A DNA stretch of 64,000 nucleotides, taken from a virus. The stretch lies in IMG/VR virus record IMGVR_UViG_3300020419_000005, one strand, 5' to 3'. This document shows positions 22,107 through 30,777 of the stretch, one piece after another (the stretch's first letter is position 1; the number at the start of each line of letters is the position of its first letter). The notes below the pieces were generated by a model. That model saw nothing but the letters and a program-made list of their open reading frames with translations. It did no database searches and was not told where the DNA came from. The position numbers and the translations under genes were made by a program.

Positions 22107-22637
22107 TTAACCACAGAGAACGTTAGGTGAACCATAAGCAACCACCGATTTACACGGCCAGGATACTCGTGGTAATCCTACGCCTAGTGGGTCTAATAGT
22201 CTAGCAACTCTTCTCTTAAGGGCAAATACTGTAAATGTAGTAGCATTTAAAACTCGTTCGTGACCTACACCAAACTTATCTTCGATAGTTAAGATACTTC
22301 CACCGAAAGGTGTGGGTATAATACACATTGCTTTTCCGCAAGGACACAAATAATTTATAATGTTTGTAGTGATGGATCTATGCGGAGTGAAAACATCCAT
22401 CTCTAACATAATAGGAATCTTGTTTACTAATACTGTTGCTCTCTCAGGTGTCAAACCAGTTAAAGGAATCAATGGAGTGGGTGGCCACCAACAAGTCTTG
22501 TTCTTTATCTCAATAGTAAAGGGTATAGGTGAACTTCCGCAAGGTTGTTGATTATGAATAGTTGCAGGTATAGGAATCCCGTGTCCACTACAAGGTAGAC
22601 CGTTATGACTTGCAACTGGCATACACGCTTTTGGCAT
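22107..22637 (-). CDS. PAAR-like spike-tip protein (gp5.4-like)
   Basis: CSGHG, VLVNKIPI, D.FTPH, H, VARLLDP, C.SVVAYGSPNV pattern of PAAR/DUF4150 tips; baseplate context. Confidence 0.7.
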   Translation of the reverse strand: MPKACMPVASHNGLPCSGHGIPIPATIHNQQPCGSSPIPFTIEIKNKTCWWPPTPLIPLTGLTPERATVLVNKIPIMLEMDVFTPHRSITTNIINYLCPCGKAMCIIPTPFGGSILTIEDKFGVGHERVLNATTFTVFALKRRVARLLDPLGVGLPRVSWPCKSVVAYGSPNVLCG

Positions 22638-22807
22638 TAGAAAGATGCGTCCGAATAATCTTCTGCTCGTTCAAAAACAGAAGCGTATGTAAGTTCTTCT
22701 TTAAAATAGGATTGATATATCCTACCCCAGATGAGATTAAACTCTTCTTGGTTTAAGTTCTTGAATAAACATTCTCCTCTTAGATAGATGTGATAGGTTG
22801 GAGTCAT
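22637..22807 (-). CDS. Small conserved cyanophage hypothetical protein
   Basis: Hand translation MTPTYHIYLRGECLFKNLNQEEFNLIWGRIYQSY...; overlaps both neighbours by 1 nt. Confidence 0.6.
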   Translation of the reverse strand: MTPTYHIYLRGECLFKNLNQEEFNLIWGRIYQSYFKEELTYASVFERAEDYSDASF

Positions 22808-25800
22808 TAGTCGAACCTCAAATCACATTCATCAAAGTAAGGGTTTCCGTAGTTGTTCATTGTGTCTTCTAGTAACTTTGTACTCGCTGCGGAATAATTA
22901 CGATAAAGTAATGTACCCTCGAAGGGTCCCATCTCTATATAGTTGTCCGCGTTGACTAAGTTTGGATCTATGGATATAGCAGCGTGTACTACTTGGTACA
23001 ACGCACTACCATTTGTACCACTACACGCTTGCAATGGTGAGGAACTACACAAATCATCCTGTGAAAGAGCATTTCCACTTCCGTCATACCCTTTATTGAC
23101 ATCTAATATTCCATCCGTAACAAAATTGTGCCAACACGGATTTGGTAACTTACCTCCGCTACATCCCGCGATTGCTGCGTTGTTATAACCGTAAGTGAAG
23201 TTAGTACTCCCGCCATATCCGCTAACATTGTTTCCTACCCACGTTTGTAGTTGTCCTAACTCCGTCATTCCAGATAATCCGTAATCAAATGTATTCTCAT
23301 CACCAGATAGAGGAACAAATGCGTATTGACCTGCGGAAGTTCTATAACATCTACCTTCCGCTTCTCCTTGCTTACAAGGATGTGCTTTTATTCCATTAGG
23401 TAGATTTGCAATCGATCTAGGACGGGTTAATGTAGGTGCAGGTAGTGATTTAAGGAAATTCATAAACGACGTGTTTACAGACGCTCCTGCACCGCTTACA
23501 TCGCCTTCTATCTCCATAGATACACGTATGTTTGCAGTCTCTTCCTGACTAGCACAATACTTAAATGGCATAAACCCAAAAACTGACTTTTCACCATCAG
23601 CATCTAGTGTTTCATAAGGACAAGGTATATCAAAGAAACGTCTGACGTGGTACATATTAGGTTGTGCCCATTCTTCGCACCCTGATGGGTATAATGAGTT
23701 GATTCCTGCTGTATCCGCATCAACTTCCTTAGAAGTTTCATTAGACAGTGCCCACAACTGCGATATTTCTGTATTTCTTTCATTAAACTCTGGTGCATAC
23801 TGACGCAAGTTAGCAAATGTGCTATCTGTATCATAAAATGCGTTAATATCTGACCATCCTCCAGGTATTTCTAAGTTTATACAGTTCTGCGGAGTAGATT
23901 CACAGTCTTTACTCATCTCTTCTGGGTTAATATCGGGCATATCAATGTAAGCAGTTACTGTTCCTTCTCTTCTAGGTACATCATAGTCCGCTATTGTATC
24001 TGAAAAGTTACTTAAATTGTTATTTACTTGCTCTTGCATATCAGGATCTAACGCTCCAGTCTTTAAAGATGCGTCATATTGCGTATTTAATGCTTCAATT
24101 CCCCCATCTGTTCCAGGTTCTTCTAGGTTTTCCTCATATCTTTGTATTACTAATACCTTTGGTTGAGACGAGGGACTATATCCCGCACCAGGATCTTCAA
24201 TAATTACGTTTATAATACTACCTTGGTCGTCTAAAACTGCTCTTAACTGTGCTTGTTTCAGTGTTCCCATAAATCCAGACTCGTTTTTATACGCATTATT
24301 CATAATTACTGCGGTAGCATCCTTCTCACTCTGCTCTCCATCCTTAAAATCTGGATCTTCTATCTCTTTTGCCTGTAAATCTATACCAGTATCGTTCTTA
24401 AATGTCTCTTGACGGAACTTTGTAGGGTCTGCAAACCCTTGTTCACGCATTGTTTCGGGAAATTCTACTCCAAGATCGGGATCTTTGTAATCTTTTCCGC
24501 TATTAATGATGTTAACTCCTACAACTTTACCCTTTTCATCAATAATTGCCTCTATAAATGCCTCATTTAGGTTACGCTCAGGTATAAGTGCACCCTTTTT
24601 TAGTGCAACTGGCACATATGACACCCTTTTAGGGAACTCATACACTCCCCAGAACGCTGCTTTGTCTTTTATACCGTATCCTGCTAGTACATTAATACTA
24701 CCACCATTGGTTGAAGTGAATGATTGGTTGTATGTGAATGCACTTCCTGTAGTTTCATTGTTAATTTGTACCAATTCCATATATCCGCAGTTCATTTCAT
24801 CACCAAAATAGCGACACGCACTAATCATCCAGTTGTTTATACGTTCTCCTACTGCAAAGAACCCTGTATTAGAAGTATAACGGAAGAATATGCGGTGTTC
24901 GTCTGTACCAGTTCCCCAGAATGACTCATTTGCTCCAGGTTGATGAGCAGGAGCGTCAACATACACTCTAGTTTTATGTGTAACCCACGCACTCTCCTTT
25001 ATAGTGTAATTAAAGGTATGATACTCATAAGTAGGTTGAGAATTAGAGTTTTGTAGACACGGAGCGTCAGTTGTAAGGAAGTTTATACCATATACGGGTC
25101 CATTCCACGGATATGAGGTATCATAGAGGTAATATACGAACTGTCCCTCAAAAGCATCGTGAAAATTCAGTGATTTTGGTACAGAACCTTTTACTGGTCC
25201 GTTTTTTCCGTAAAACCACTCATAATACGCTGCTGTGCTTAATATTTCTACGTTAGAACCACCCCAACCTGATTGAGATGGGTTATCCATCGATTCTAAG
25301 TAGTCTCTTAACGCATAATTACCCGCTTCATCCCAATCATACCATCCTGCACGGGAAATTTCCCCAGTATTGCGTGCACCACCTAAATTTTCTATCTTTT
25401 TCTTTCCTCTTGGACCCGAAGAGGTCATTATATACCCAAATATACCCACATATGCGTATTGTCCCTGTCTAGCATCCAAACAATCAGGTACTCCCGCAAC
25501 TCCTGTCTCTAAATTTACTTCTTCTACGGGGTTTATGGTATAGAACGTGTCTGGTCCACGGTTTACTCCGTTAGGTAACTTATATTCATACAATGGTACA
25601 GCAACTTCACCCCCTTTCATCAATCCAGAGGATGCAGCGTTAGATGCGGAGGTCCAAATGTATCCTAATAGTGTAGTTCCGCTACCTGTAGTTAAATATG
25701 AATCATTATTCGCAGAATCATAGTTACTATACACCGCAACAGTTCCTGTCTGACTATCTTTCATCAAAGAGAAGTATTGTGAGTTCCTTTGACGAGGTTC

Positions 25801-26115
25801 TCTATTATATGAACGGAATTCTTCTTGACCTTCTTGTACTACTTCATCCCTACTGTATAAATGGTCTCTTAGTTTACCACTATAGTACCTATAGACTGAT
25901 ACTCTTTCCGCATTACAGTTTTCTAAACACGTTTCAGTAGGTTCTCCTAGGTAGAACACCTGATCCTTACCAAACTTATACCCACCAGGACCTACACCTT
26001 GGAACGTAATCGTATATCCCGCAGGTACGTTAGTTCCAGTATAGACTTTAGTGTAATCTTCAGAGTCAACAGGGTTCATATAAGAACGACCTGTCTCTAG
26101 GATCTTAGCGGGCAT
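22807..26115 (-). CDS. Large virion structural protein (1102 aa)
   Basis: Long ORF with G.I..V.I...G..Y beta-repeat motifs like those in baseplate proteins; baseplate context. Confidence 0.7.
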   Translation of the reverse strand: MPAKILETGRSYMNPVDSEDYTKVYTGTNVPAGYTITFQGVGPGGYKFGKDQVFYLGEPTETCLENCNAERVSVYRYYSGKLRDHLYSRDEVVQEGQEEFRSYNREPRQRNSQYFSLMKDSQTGTVAVYSNYDSANNDSYLTTGSGTTLLGYIWTSASNAASSGLMKGGEVAVPLYEYKLPNGVNRGPDTFYTINPVEEVNLETGVAGVPDCLDARQGQYAYVGIFGYIMTSSGPRGKKKIENLGGARNTGEISRAGWYDWDEAGNYALRDYLESMDNPSQSGWGGSNVEILSTAAYYEWFYGKNGPVKGSVPKSLNFHDAFEGQFVYYLYDTSYPWNGPVYGINFLTTDAPCLQNSNSQPTYEYHTFNYTIKESAWVTHKTRVYVDAPAHQPGANESFWGTGTDEHRIFFRYTSNTGFFAVGERINNWMISACRYFGDEMNCGYMELVQINNETTGSAFTYNQSFTSTNGGSINVLAGYGIKDKAAFWGVYEFPKRVSYVPVALKKGALIPERNLNEAFIEAIIDEKGKVVGVNIINSGKDYKDPDLGVEFPETMREQGFADPTKFRQETFKNDTGIDLQAKEIEDPDFKDGEQSEKDATAVIMNNAYKNESGFMGTLKQAQLRAVLDDQGSIINVIIEDPGAGYSPSSQPKVLVIQRYEENLEEPGTDGGIEALNTQYDASLKTGALDPDMQEQVNNNLSNFSDTIADYDVPRREGTVTAYIDMPDINPEEMSKDCESTPQNCINLEIPGGWSDINAFYDTDSTFANLRQYAPEFNERNTEISQLWALSNETSKEVDADTAGINSLYPSGCEEWAQPNMYHVRRFFDIPCPYETLDADGEKSVFGFMPFKYCASQEETANIRVSMEIEGDVSGAGASVNTSFMNFLKSLPAPTLTRPRSIANLPNGIKAHPCKQGEAEGRCYRTSAGQYAFVPLSGDENTFDYGLSGMTELGQLQTWVGNNVSGYGGSTNFTYGYNNAAIAGCSGGKLPNPCWHNFVTDGILDVNKGYDGSGNALSQDDLCSSSPLQACSGTNGSALYQVVHAAISIDPNLVNADNYIEMGPFEGTLLYRNYSAASTKLLEDTMNNYGNPYFDECDLRFD

Positions 26116-26389
26116 CCATTTGTGCTAGAGTTTCTTCAATTTTATTTAGTCTGTCAAAAATAGTGTCAAATACCTGTAGTAAATTACTATGCTTATCATC
26201 ACCTGGGATTTTATACTGTATCATATCAGCACCTCTACTTAAGAAGGACTCTACTTGTTGAGTACGATTGGCAAGGTTAGTAGCAGTCTTTGCTATCATC
26301 TCAAACCTCCACTCATTCTCCTCTTCTATAGATTTAAACTCAGGTACCTCTAAATCTTGAGGTATAACTAGATCTTCTTGGTTTTCCAT
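26105..26389 (-). CDS. Hypothetical coiled-coil protein
   Basis: ORF coupled to both neighbours. Confidence 0.65.
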   Translation of the reverse strand: MENQEDLVIPQDLEVPEFKSIEEENEWRFEMIAKTATNLANRTQQVESFLSRGADMIQYKIPGDDKHSNLLQVFDTIFDRLNKIEETLAQMDAR

Positions 26390-26928
26390 TAAAAATAATT
26401 AAAATTCAATACTACACGAAACTTTTGGTCTGTGCAACTGGTACCTGCGTGAGGTGTATTCACCTTAAATTTTAGCAAACGATTTGCCTTACTGTCAACT
26501 TTAGTACCGTCTTGAAAGTATGTATAACCATTATTGTCATTTAGATAGTATATTGCAGTAGTAGCACCTTCAAACTCATTAGACCCATACTCACCACAGT
26601 CTGTATGAAAGTCATATTCCTGTAGTCTATCAGTATGGTGGTTTAGGTTTGCCTTTATACGTATCAGTGCTCTTGGTTGTAAACGGTTCACTATAGGTAG
26701 TACCTTCTCATACTGAGGTCCTAGAGGTTGTCCTCCTCCATATACGTAGTTTACCATTTGCCAGTTATATATTTCTTTCGCTTGTAAGTCAGGGTCTACC
26801 ATTCGGGCAACGTGCATTACCTTCGCTTGGTTTACATACCACGGAAAATCTTGCCCCACGAAGTAGTCTCGAACATCCTCAAATTCGTTCGGGGGTAGGT
26901 AGTTATCGATTATTTCAAAGTTCATCAC
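26389..26928 (-). CDS. 2OG-Fe(II) oxygenase superfamily protein
   Basis: HTD...H facial triad (FHTD, PHAG) and terminal R..LNFNY. Confidence 0.85.
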   Translation of the reverse strand: MMNFEIIDNYLPPNEFEDVRDYFVGQDFPWYVNQAKVMHVARMVDPDLQAKEIYNWQMVNYVYGGGQPLGPQYEKVLPIVNRLQPRALIRIKANLNHHTDRLQEYDFHTDCGEYGSNEFEGATTAIYYLNDNNGYTYFQDGTKVDSKANRLLKFKVNTPHAGTSCTDQKFRVVLNFNYF

Positions 26929-26995
26929 GATTTCAGAATAGTTACGACGTTCGCGGGGGTAACGTTTCTAGCGTCAGACCCCTCTATATGCCCCT

Positions 26996-27160
26996 CTAAT
27001 GGTTACATTCGTAGTTCTCGTTGTATCTCTTCACGCTAGGAGTTATTTTATCCAATAAATCCTCAACATCTTCATATGTCTCAGTTTGATAAGTCTGCAA
27101 TGACTTCTGATACAATTCTAAGGCATTGTAGATCAATGACATCTCTCTTCTGTTAAACAT
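26996..27160 (-). CDS. Small hypothetical protein
   Basis: Hand translation MFNRREMSLIYNALELYQKS...; overlaps the upstream stop. Confidence 0.5.
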   Translation of the reverse strand: MFNRREMSLIYNALELYQKSLQTYQTETYEDVEDLLDKITPSVKRYNENYECNH

Positions 27161-27314
27161 CTGCTTTGGTGATGATTAGTTTGTCGTCTATAATATCATA
27201 TTGTATCACATCTCCTACTCCCCACGCAAGTTCTTCAACTATCTGATCAGGTAATTTAAAAGTCATTTCACCGTAATCATCCTCCTCTATGGGAACTAGA
27301 AATCGTTTACTCAT
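27153..27314 (-). CDS. AbrB/MazE/SpoVT-like small DNA-binding protein
   Basis: Hand translation MSKRFLVPIEEDDYGEMTFKLPDQIVEELAWGVGDVIQYDIIDDKLIITKADV; LP..I...L....GD.I pattern. Confidence 0.6.
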   Translation of the reverse strand: MSKRFLVPIEEDDYGEMTFKLPDQIVEELAWGVGDVIQYDIIDDKLIITKADV

Positions 27315-27753
27315 TCTTTCGTAAAATATAGCGTATCATTGGTATATAGGATTCTAGGTATTCTATGTTACTAACGTAAGAATACTTGTGTTGAAGTATT
27401 AACCCATCACCCAAATACACCCCTGCGTGTTTAATAAGACTATTGGATAAACCATCAGCAATACCGAATGAGAAGCACACCACATCATTCTTTTTTAAGA
27501 TACTCTTATACCAATCTATACCATCCCATTCTCCTTCATCCTTCTTGAATATAACTCCCCAACCCTCTGCTTCTATATCTTCTATCTTATATTCCCTTAC
27601 AAACATACTGTAATCCTTAGAGAAGGTCTGAATACCAGTATCTTTCATATAATCATAGATCAGTGTGAAACATCCTCCACCTCTCTGCTGTTTCCAAGGG
27701 CGACCTAACCAGGGGGAGTAATCATTCTCGTACTTTTTTATCAAATTGTCCAT
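27307..27753 (-). CDS. NlpC/P60 (C40) family cysteine hydrolase
   Basis: GRPW...GGCFTLIYDY (catalytic Cys) and HAGVYLGDGLILQH (His-His). Confidence 0.8.
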   Translation of the reverse strand: MDNLIKKYENDYSPWLGRPWKQQRGGGCFTLIYDYMKDTGIQTFSKDYSMFVREYKIEDIEAEGWGVIFKKDEGEWDGIDWYKSILKKNDVVCFSFGIADGLSNSLIKHAGVYLGDGLILQHKYSYVSNIEYLESYIPMIRYILRKNE

Positions 27754-27892
27754 AGGTAAAATTTTTTCTGGGGATTTTTTTATATATCAGGGTACCTTAA
27801 ATGCGTTTTCGATAATATAGCAAACCCTATACTTTTGTAGGTTAGTCAAAAAAGATTTTTTTAATATGCCACTTTTCCGATTGGCACAAGGC

Positions 27893-27917
27893 GAAAATGA
27901 TAATCGTTTTCATTCTC
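27893..27917. promoter_or_regulatory. Fur-box-like palindrome
   Basis: GAAAATGATAATCGTTTTC matches the 19-bp Fur consensus GATAATGATAATCATTATC at 16/19 positions. Confidence 0.4.
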
Positions 27918-27936
27918 ACCTGTGTCACCTCTGAGA

Positions 27937-28146
27937 CTACCAGAGATACGTAACTTTTTTATTCTCAGGGAATTGTATTTTATCCCCAACTAAAATTGCG
28001 TCATACTTAGTTAATAGATGGAATGTTTGCTTCATAAAATTTAAAGCACCCTCTAGAGATAAATCGCTGATTAACTCAGCATCAAATCTTTTCTTATAGT
28101 AAGTTGTAGTTTGGAATTGCTTGAAAGTTATTTGATTAAGTTCCAT
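27937..28146 (-). CDS. Early hypothetical protein
   Basis: ORF with an upstream TATAAT promoter and AACAACAC leader. Confidence 0.65.
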   Translation of the reverse strand: MELNQITFKQFQTTTYYKKRFDAELISDLSLEGALNFMKQTFHLLTKYDAILVGDKIQFPENKKVTYLW

Positions 28147-28376
28147 AGTGGGTTGCTTAGTGTTGTTATATTAATTATAGCGAATTATTCCCCCCTATGC
28201 GAACTAATTAGAATATATGTTAAATTGCTGTTATTATGACAATCACGTTACATAACTCTTGAAAAAAACCGCCTTGCGTGCTAACTTCCTAAGACTACAA
28301 TAACCTAAGATATTAATAGAGATATAAAATTGAAAAGTATATTTATTTTAACCTTTTTAATTTATACTAAATCTAT

Positions 28377-28739
28377 TCATTTATACCGTAAGTTTTTAAA
28401 ATGATCGTTTACTTTGTTCCCATCTATATGTCTCACTTGCCTATGATCTATATTAGTTATTTGTTCTTCTTCTATTGTTTCCGCACTTATAAAAGCACTT
28501 GCTACAAGTCTGGCAATTCTTCTTACAACTGTTTTCCCTTCTTTTCTGAGAGTTACTCTCTTGTAACCGTTTTCATTAATATGAGTCTGTAATTGTTTCC
28601 ACTTTCCCCACTTAGTAGAGAATACTTCTCCATTCTCTTTTATGTAATAATCTTCATACTGTGGTAGTGCCTTATACAACTTTCCGCTATCATCAACAAA
28701 AGTTTCCGCATCAACTTTTTTAAACGTGTAAATAGTCAT
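28377..28739 (-). CDS. NUMOD4/HNH homing-endonuclease-like protein
   Basis: YYIKENGEVFS, GYKRVTL, RLVASAFI and VRHIDGNKVND..NL motifs. Confidence 0.8.
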   Translation of the reverse strand: MTIYTFKKVDAETFVDDSGKLYKALPQYEDYYIKENGEVFSTKWGKWKQLQTHINENGYKRVTLRKEGKTVVRRIARLVASAFISAETIEEEQITNIDHRQVRHIDGNKVNDHFKNLRYK

Positions 28740-28755
28740 TATTTTAAAGGATAAT

Positions 28756-28783
28756 AAAAAAAGGACTTTGTTAGAGTCCTTTT
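28756..28783. terminator. Intrinsic terminator, possibly bidirectional
   Basis: AAAAGGACT-7nt-AGTCCTTTT hairpin with T-run, downstream of the ArdA-like gene. Confidence 0.7.
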
Positions 28784-28814
28784 ATATAGGTATTTAATTA
28801 AAACCCTTTTATGC

Positions 28815-29354
28815 TTAGAAATTGTTGAAAATGTGATTATCCCACTCGCAATAATCATAACTTAGGTTATTATCCCATATTTTGTTATAATCAATAGAGG
28901 ACTCTATCCAAGTTGGTAAGTCTCTTGAAATATAACCACAATCTGAGATTAAGTTTTCTGTGAATTCTGCTCCACTTTCCCACTTTCCCATATATGAGTC
29001 TTCTAAGTGCATCAAGTCAGCAATATCGAAAATTGAAATAAATGCTTCAATAATCTCATCAACTGGCGAATCATAGTAACGTAACTCTTGAGATACGTTT
29101 TCATATGTGTCGATATGCTCGATAGCGTCATCAATATCAAGTTCAAAAGTCTCTTGAAATTCTTGAATTTCGTCAAGTCTCTCTGTACCTTCTTCAAGTG
29201 CTATCTCTGTAACTTTAGAAAATTCTACTCCATAGTCAGTAGAGAATTGTAAACTACGGTCAACAATAGCACTAAGTTCAGTAATTCTTGACTTTCTTAA
29301 GTCTGCATTAATCTGATCTAGTCTAGATTGCTGAGAGTTAGATAAAGTTTGCAT
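28815..29354 (-). CDS. ardA: ArdA-like antirestriction (DNA-mimic) protein
   Basis: Very acidic; C-terminus EDSYMGKWESGAEFTENLISDCGY...LPTWIESSIDYNKIW...DY...HIF resembles ArdA domain 3. Confidence 0.7.
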   Translation of the reverse strand: MQTLSNSQQSRLDQINADLRKSRITELSAIVDRSLQFSTDYGVEFSKVTEIALEEGTERLDEIQEFQETFELDIDDAIEHIDTYENVSQELRYYDSPVDEIIEAFISIFDIADLMHLEDSYMGKWESGAEFTENLISDCGYISRDLPTWIESSIDYNKIWDNNLSYDYCEWDNHIFNNF

Positions 29355-29372
29355 TTGGGATTTAAGTGTTGT

Positions 29373-29424
29373 TATATTAATGATAACATAAATTTTTGAT
29401 TTATGTCAAGAAAAAAGAGAATTT
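29373..29424 (-). repeat. 52-bp promoter cassette, copy 1 (TTGACA-17-TATCAT, extended -10)
   Basis: 50/52 identical to 29728-29779. Confidence 0.85.
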
Positions 29425-29705
29425 TATACTTTCTTAAGGTTTACATATCCCTCATAATAAGTAATTGCAAGTTCTAAAACAATTTCAAAAACCTCTGTTG
29501 AAACATAAATTTCATTATCAAAAACGTAAGAATCTCTTTTCATTAAGACTTCTAAAACGTTATGGGCAATATCTTCTAAATCTTTTTGAGTAAAAACAGT
29601 TGCCTTCCACCCACCAGTATAGTTAAATCTTTTATCAAGTGTTTTAACTAAATCCTCTGTTGTAACTGTGGATAGGTCAAGAGCGAAATTTTTGATTTTT
29701 GACAT
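29424..29705 (-). CDS. Early hypothetical protein
   Basis: Likely start MSKIKNF at 29705, because the track start at 29744 lies inside the promoter. Confidence 0.65.
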   Translation of the reverse strand: MSKIKNFALDLSTVTTEDLVKTLDKRFNYTGGWKATVFTQKDLEDIAHNVLEVLMKRDSYVFDNEIYVSTEVFEIVLELAITYYEGYVNLKKV

Positions 29706-29727
29706 TTTGGGAAAAAAGTGTTTTGTA

Positions 29728-29779
29728 TATATTAATGATAACATAAATTTTTAGTTTATGTCAAGAAAAAAGAGAATTT
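29728..29779 (-). repeat. 52-bp promoter cassette, copy 2 (TTGACA-17-TATCAT)
   Basis: 50/52 identical to 29373-29424. Confidence 0.85.
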
Positions 29780-29788
29780 AATATTCTC

Positions 29789-30037
29789 TTAATATTCTCC
29801 CCATATTCTAAGATATGCGTTAATCTCTGCTAATGTGCAAGAATATTTGTACTCAGCAGCATTACCAGTAATAAATCGCCCAAAACTATTAGTTAATGCT
29901 ATCTCAAATAATCCTTCTTTAGTGTATTCTAGGATAGATGCACCAAAGTTATTATTTGGGAAATTTATCTTACTTACTGTTGTATCTGGGATATTTCCCT
30001 TTTCTGTAGCGTAAGGATAGAATTCAAACATAATCAT
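29789..30037 (-). CDS. Early hypothetical protein (F.N..GAS..GL.EIA family)
   Basis: ORF with its own promoter cassette and AACAACAC leader. Confidence 0.65.
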   Translation of the reverse strand: MIMFEFYPYATEKGNIPDTTVSKINFPNNNFGASILEYTKEGLFEIALTNSFGRFITGNAAEYKYSCTLAEINAYLRIWGEY

Positions 30038-30121
30038 TAAGTGTTGTTATTACTATGATAACATAAAAATTTGATTATGTGAGACTTTTTTTAAAATGAA
30101 TTGTTAAGAAATTATAAAGCA

Positions 30122-30158
30122 TAAAAAAAGGTTAGAGTTCCCACGCTCTAACCTTCTT
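30122..30158 (-). terminator. Intrinsic terminator
   Basis: Minus strand AAGGTTAGAG-8nt-CTCTAACCTT followed by TTTTTAT. Confidence 0.8.
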
Positions 30159-30196
30159 TAATTGAATATGTTAAGATATATTACAATCAGTTGCAA

Positions 30197-30269
30197 TATT
30201 AACCCTAGTGTGAGTTAGGATTAATAACTGGACTTACATCAAGGGAACACTAAACCCTTAAATGCCAGT
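30197..30269 (-). ncRNA. Candidate structured RNA (two adjacent hairpins) in a 3' UTR
   Basis: ACTGG/CCAGT with CATTTAAGGG/CCCTTGATG, and TATTAATCCTA/TAGGGTTAATA; G-U wobbles form only on the minus strand. Confidence 0.55.
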
Positions 30270-30274
30270 AACGT

Positions 30275-30706
30275 TTAACCTAGTGGGTAGTATCCGTTAG
30301 TGTTGAAATAGTCTATATCTGAAATAGTTAAATGCTTTTCAAATACTTTCATACCTTCATAAAATTGAATCTCAGCACCAGTTAATGTGTCTACTAAAAT
30401 CCATTGCTTTTTATGTTGCTTTATATAAACTCTATCCTTAGTTAGTTCACTAAGAATTGCGTTTAATCTCTCTTTAGTTGTTTTGGTTCTAAAACCGCCA
30501 TTATACAATTTAACTGACCTGTAACCAAAGTGTGTGTGGTCAATTTCTGCTATAACAGTATCGTAAAATTTTACGTCAACAATGTTAGAACCGTCTTGTC
30601 TAGTAATAACTTCAGTATTACCTAGTCCAGTTCCCTTAGTGTTGCACTTCATCATAGCGAAAATTGCTGATGTTGTACTGGGTTTTGAAAAAGTCAAGTT
30701 GGTCAT
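30275..30706 (-). CDS. Conserved phage early protein (GGF.T.TTKERLNA motif)
   Basis: ORF with its own promoter cassette. Confidence 0.7.
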   Translation of the reverse strand: MTNLTFSKPSTTSAIFAMMKCNTKGTGLGNTEVITRQDGSNIVDVKFYDTVIAEIDHTHFGYRSVKLYNGGFRTKTTKERLNAILSELTKDRVYIKQHKKQWILVDTLTGAEIQFYEGMKVFEKHLTISDIDYFNTNGYYPLG

Positions 30707-30777
30707 AGTGTTTTTTGCTTATGAGTCTATTCTAGCAAAGAATAGTGGTATATGTGGATTGAATTGTTAAGAGAATC

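Noticed and set aside
30197-30269. Known self-cleaving ribozyme
   Set aside because: No hammerhead (CUGAUGA/GAAA), twister, pistol or HDV core recognised
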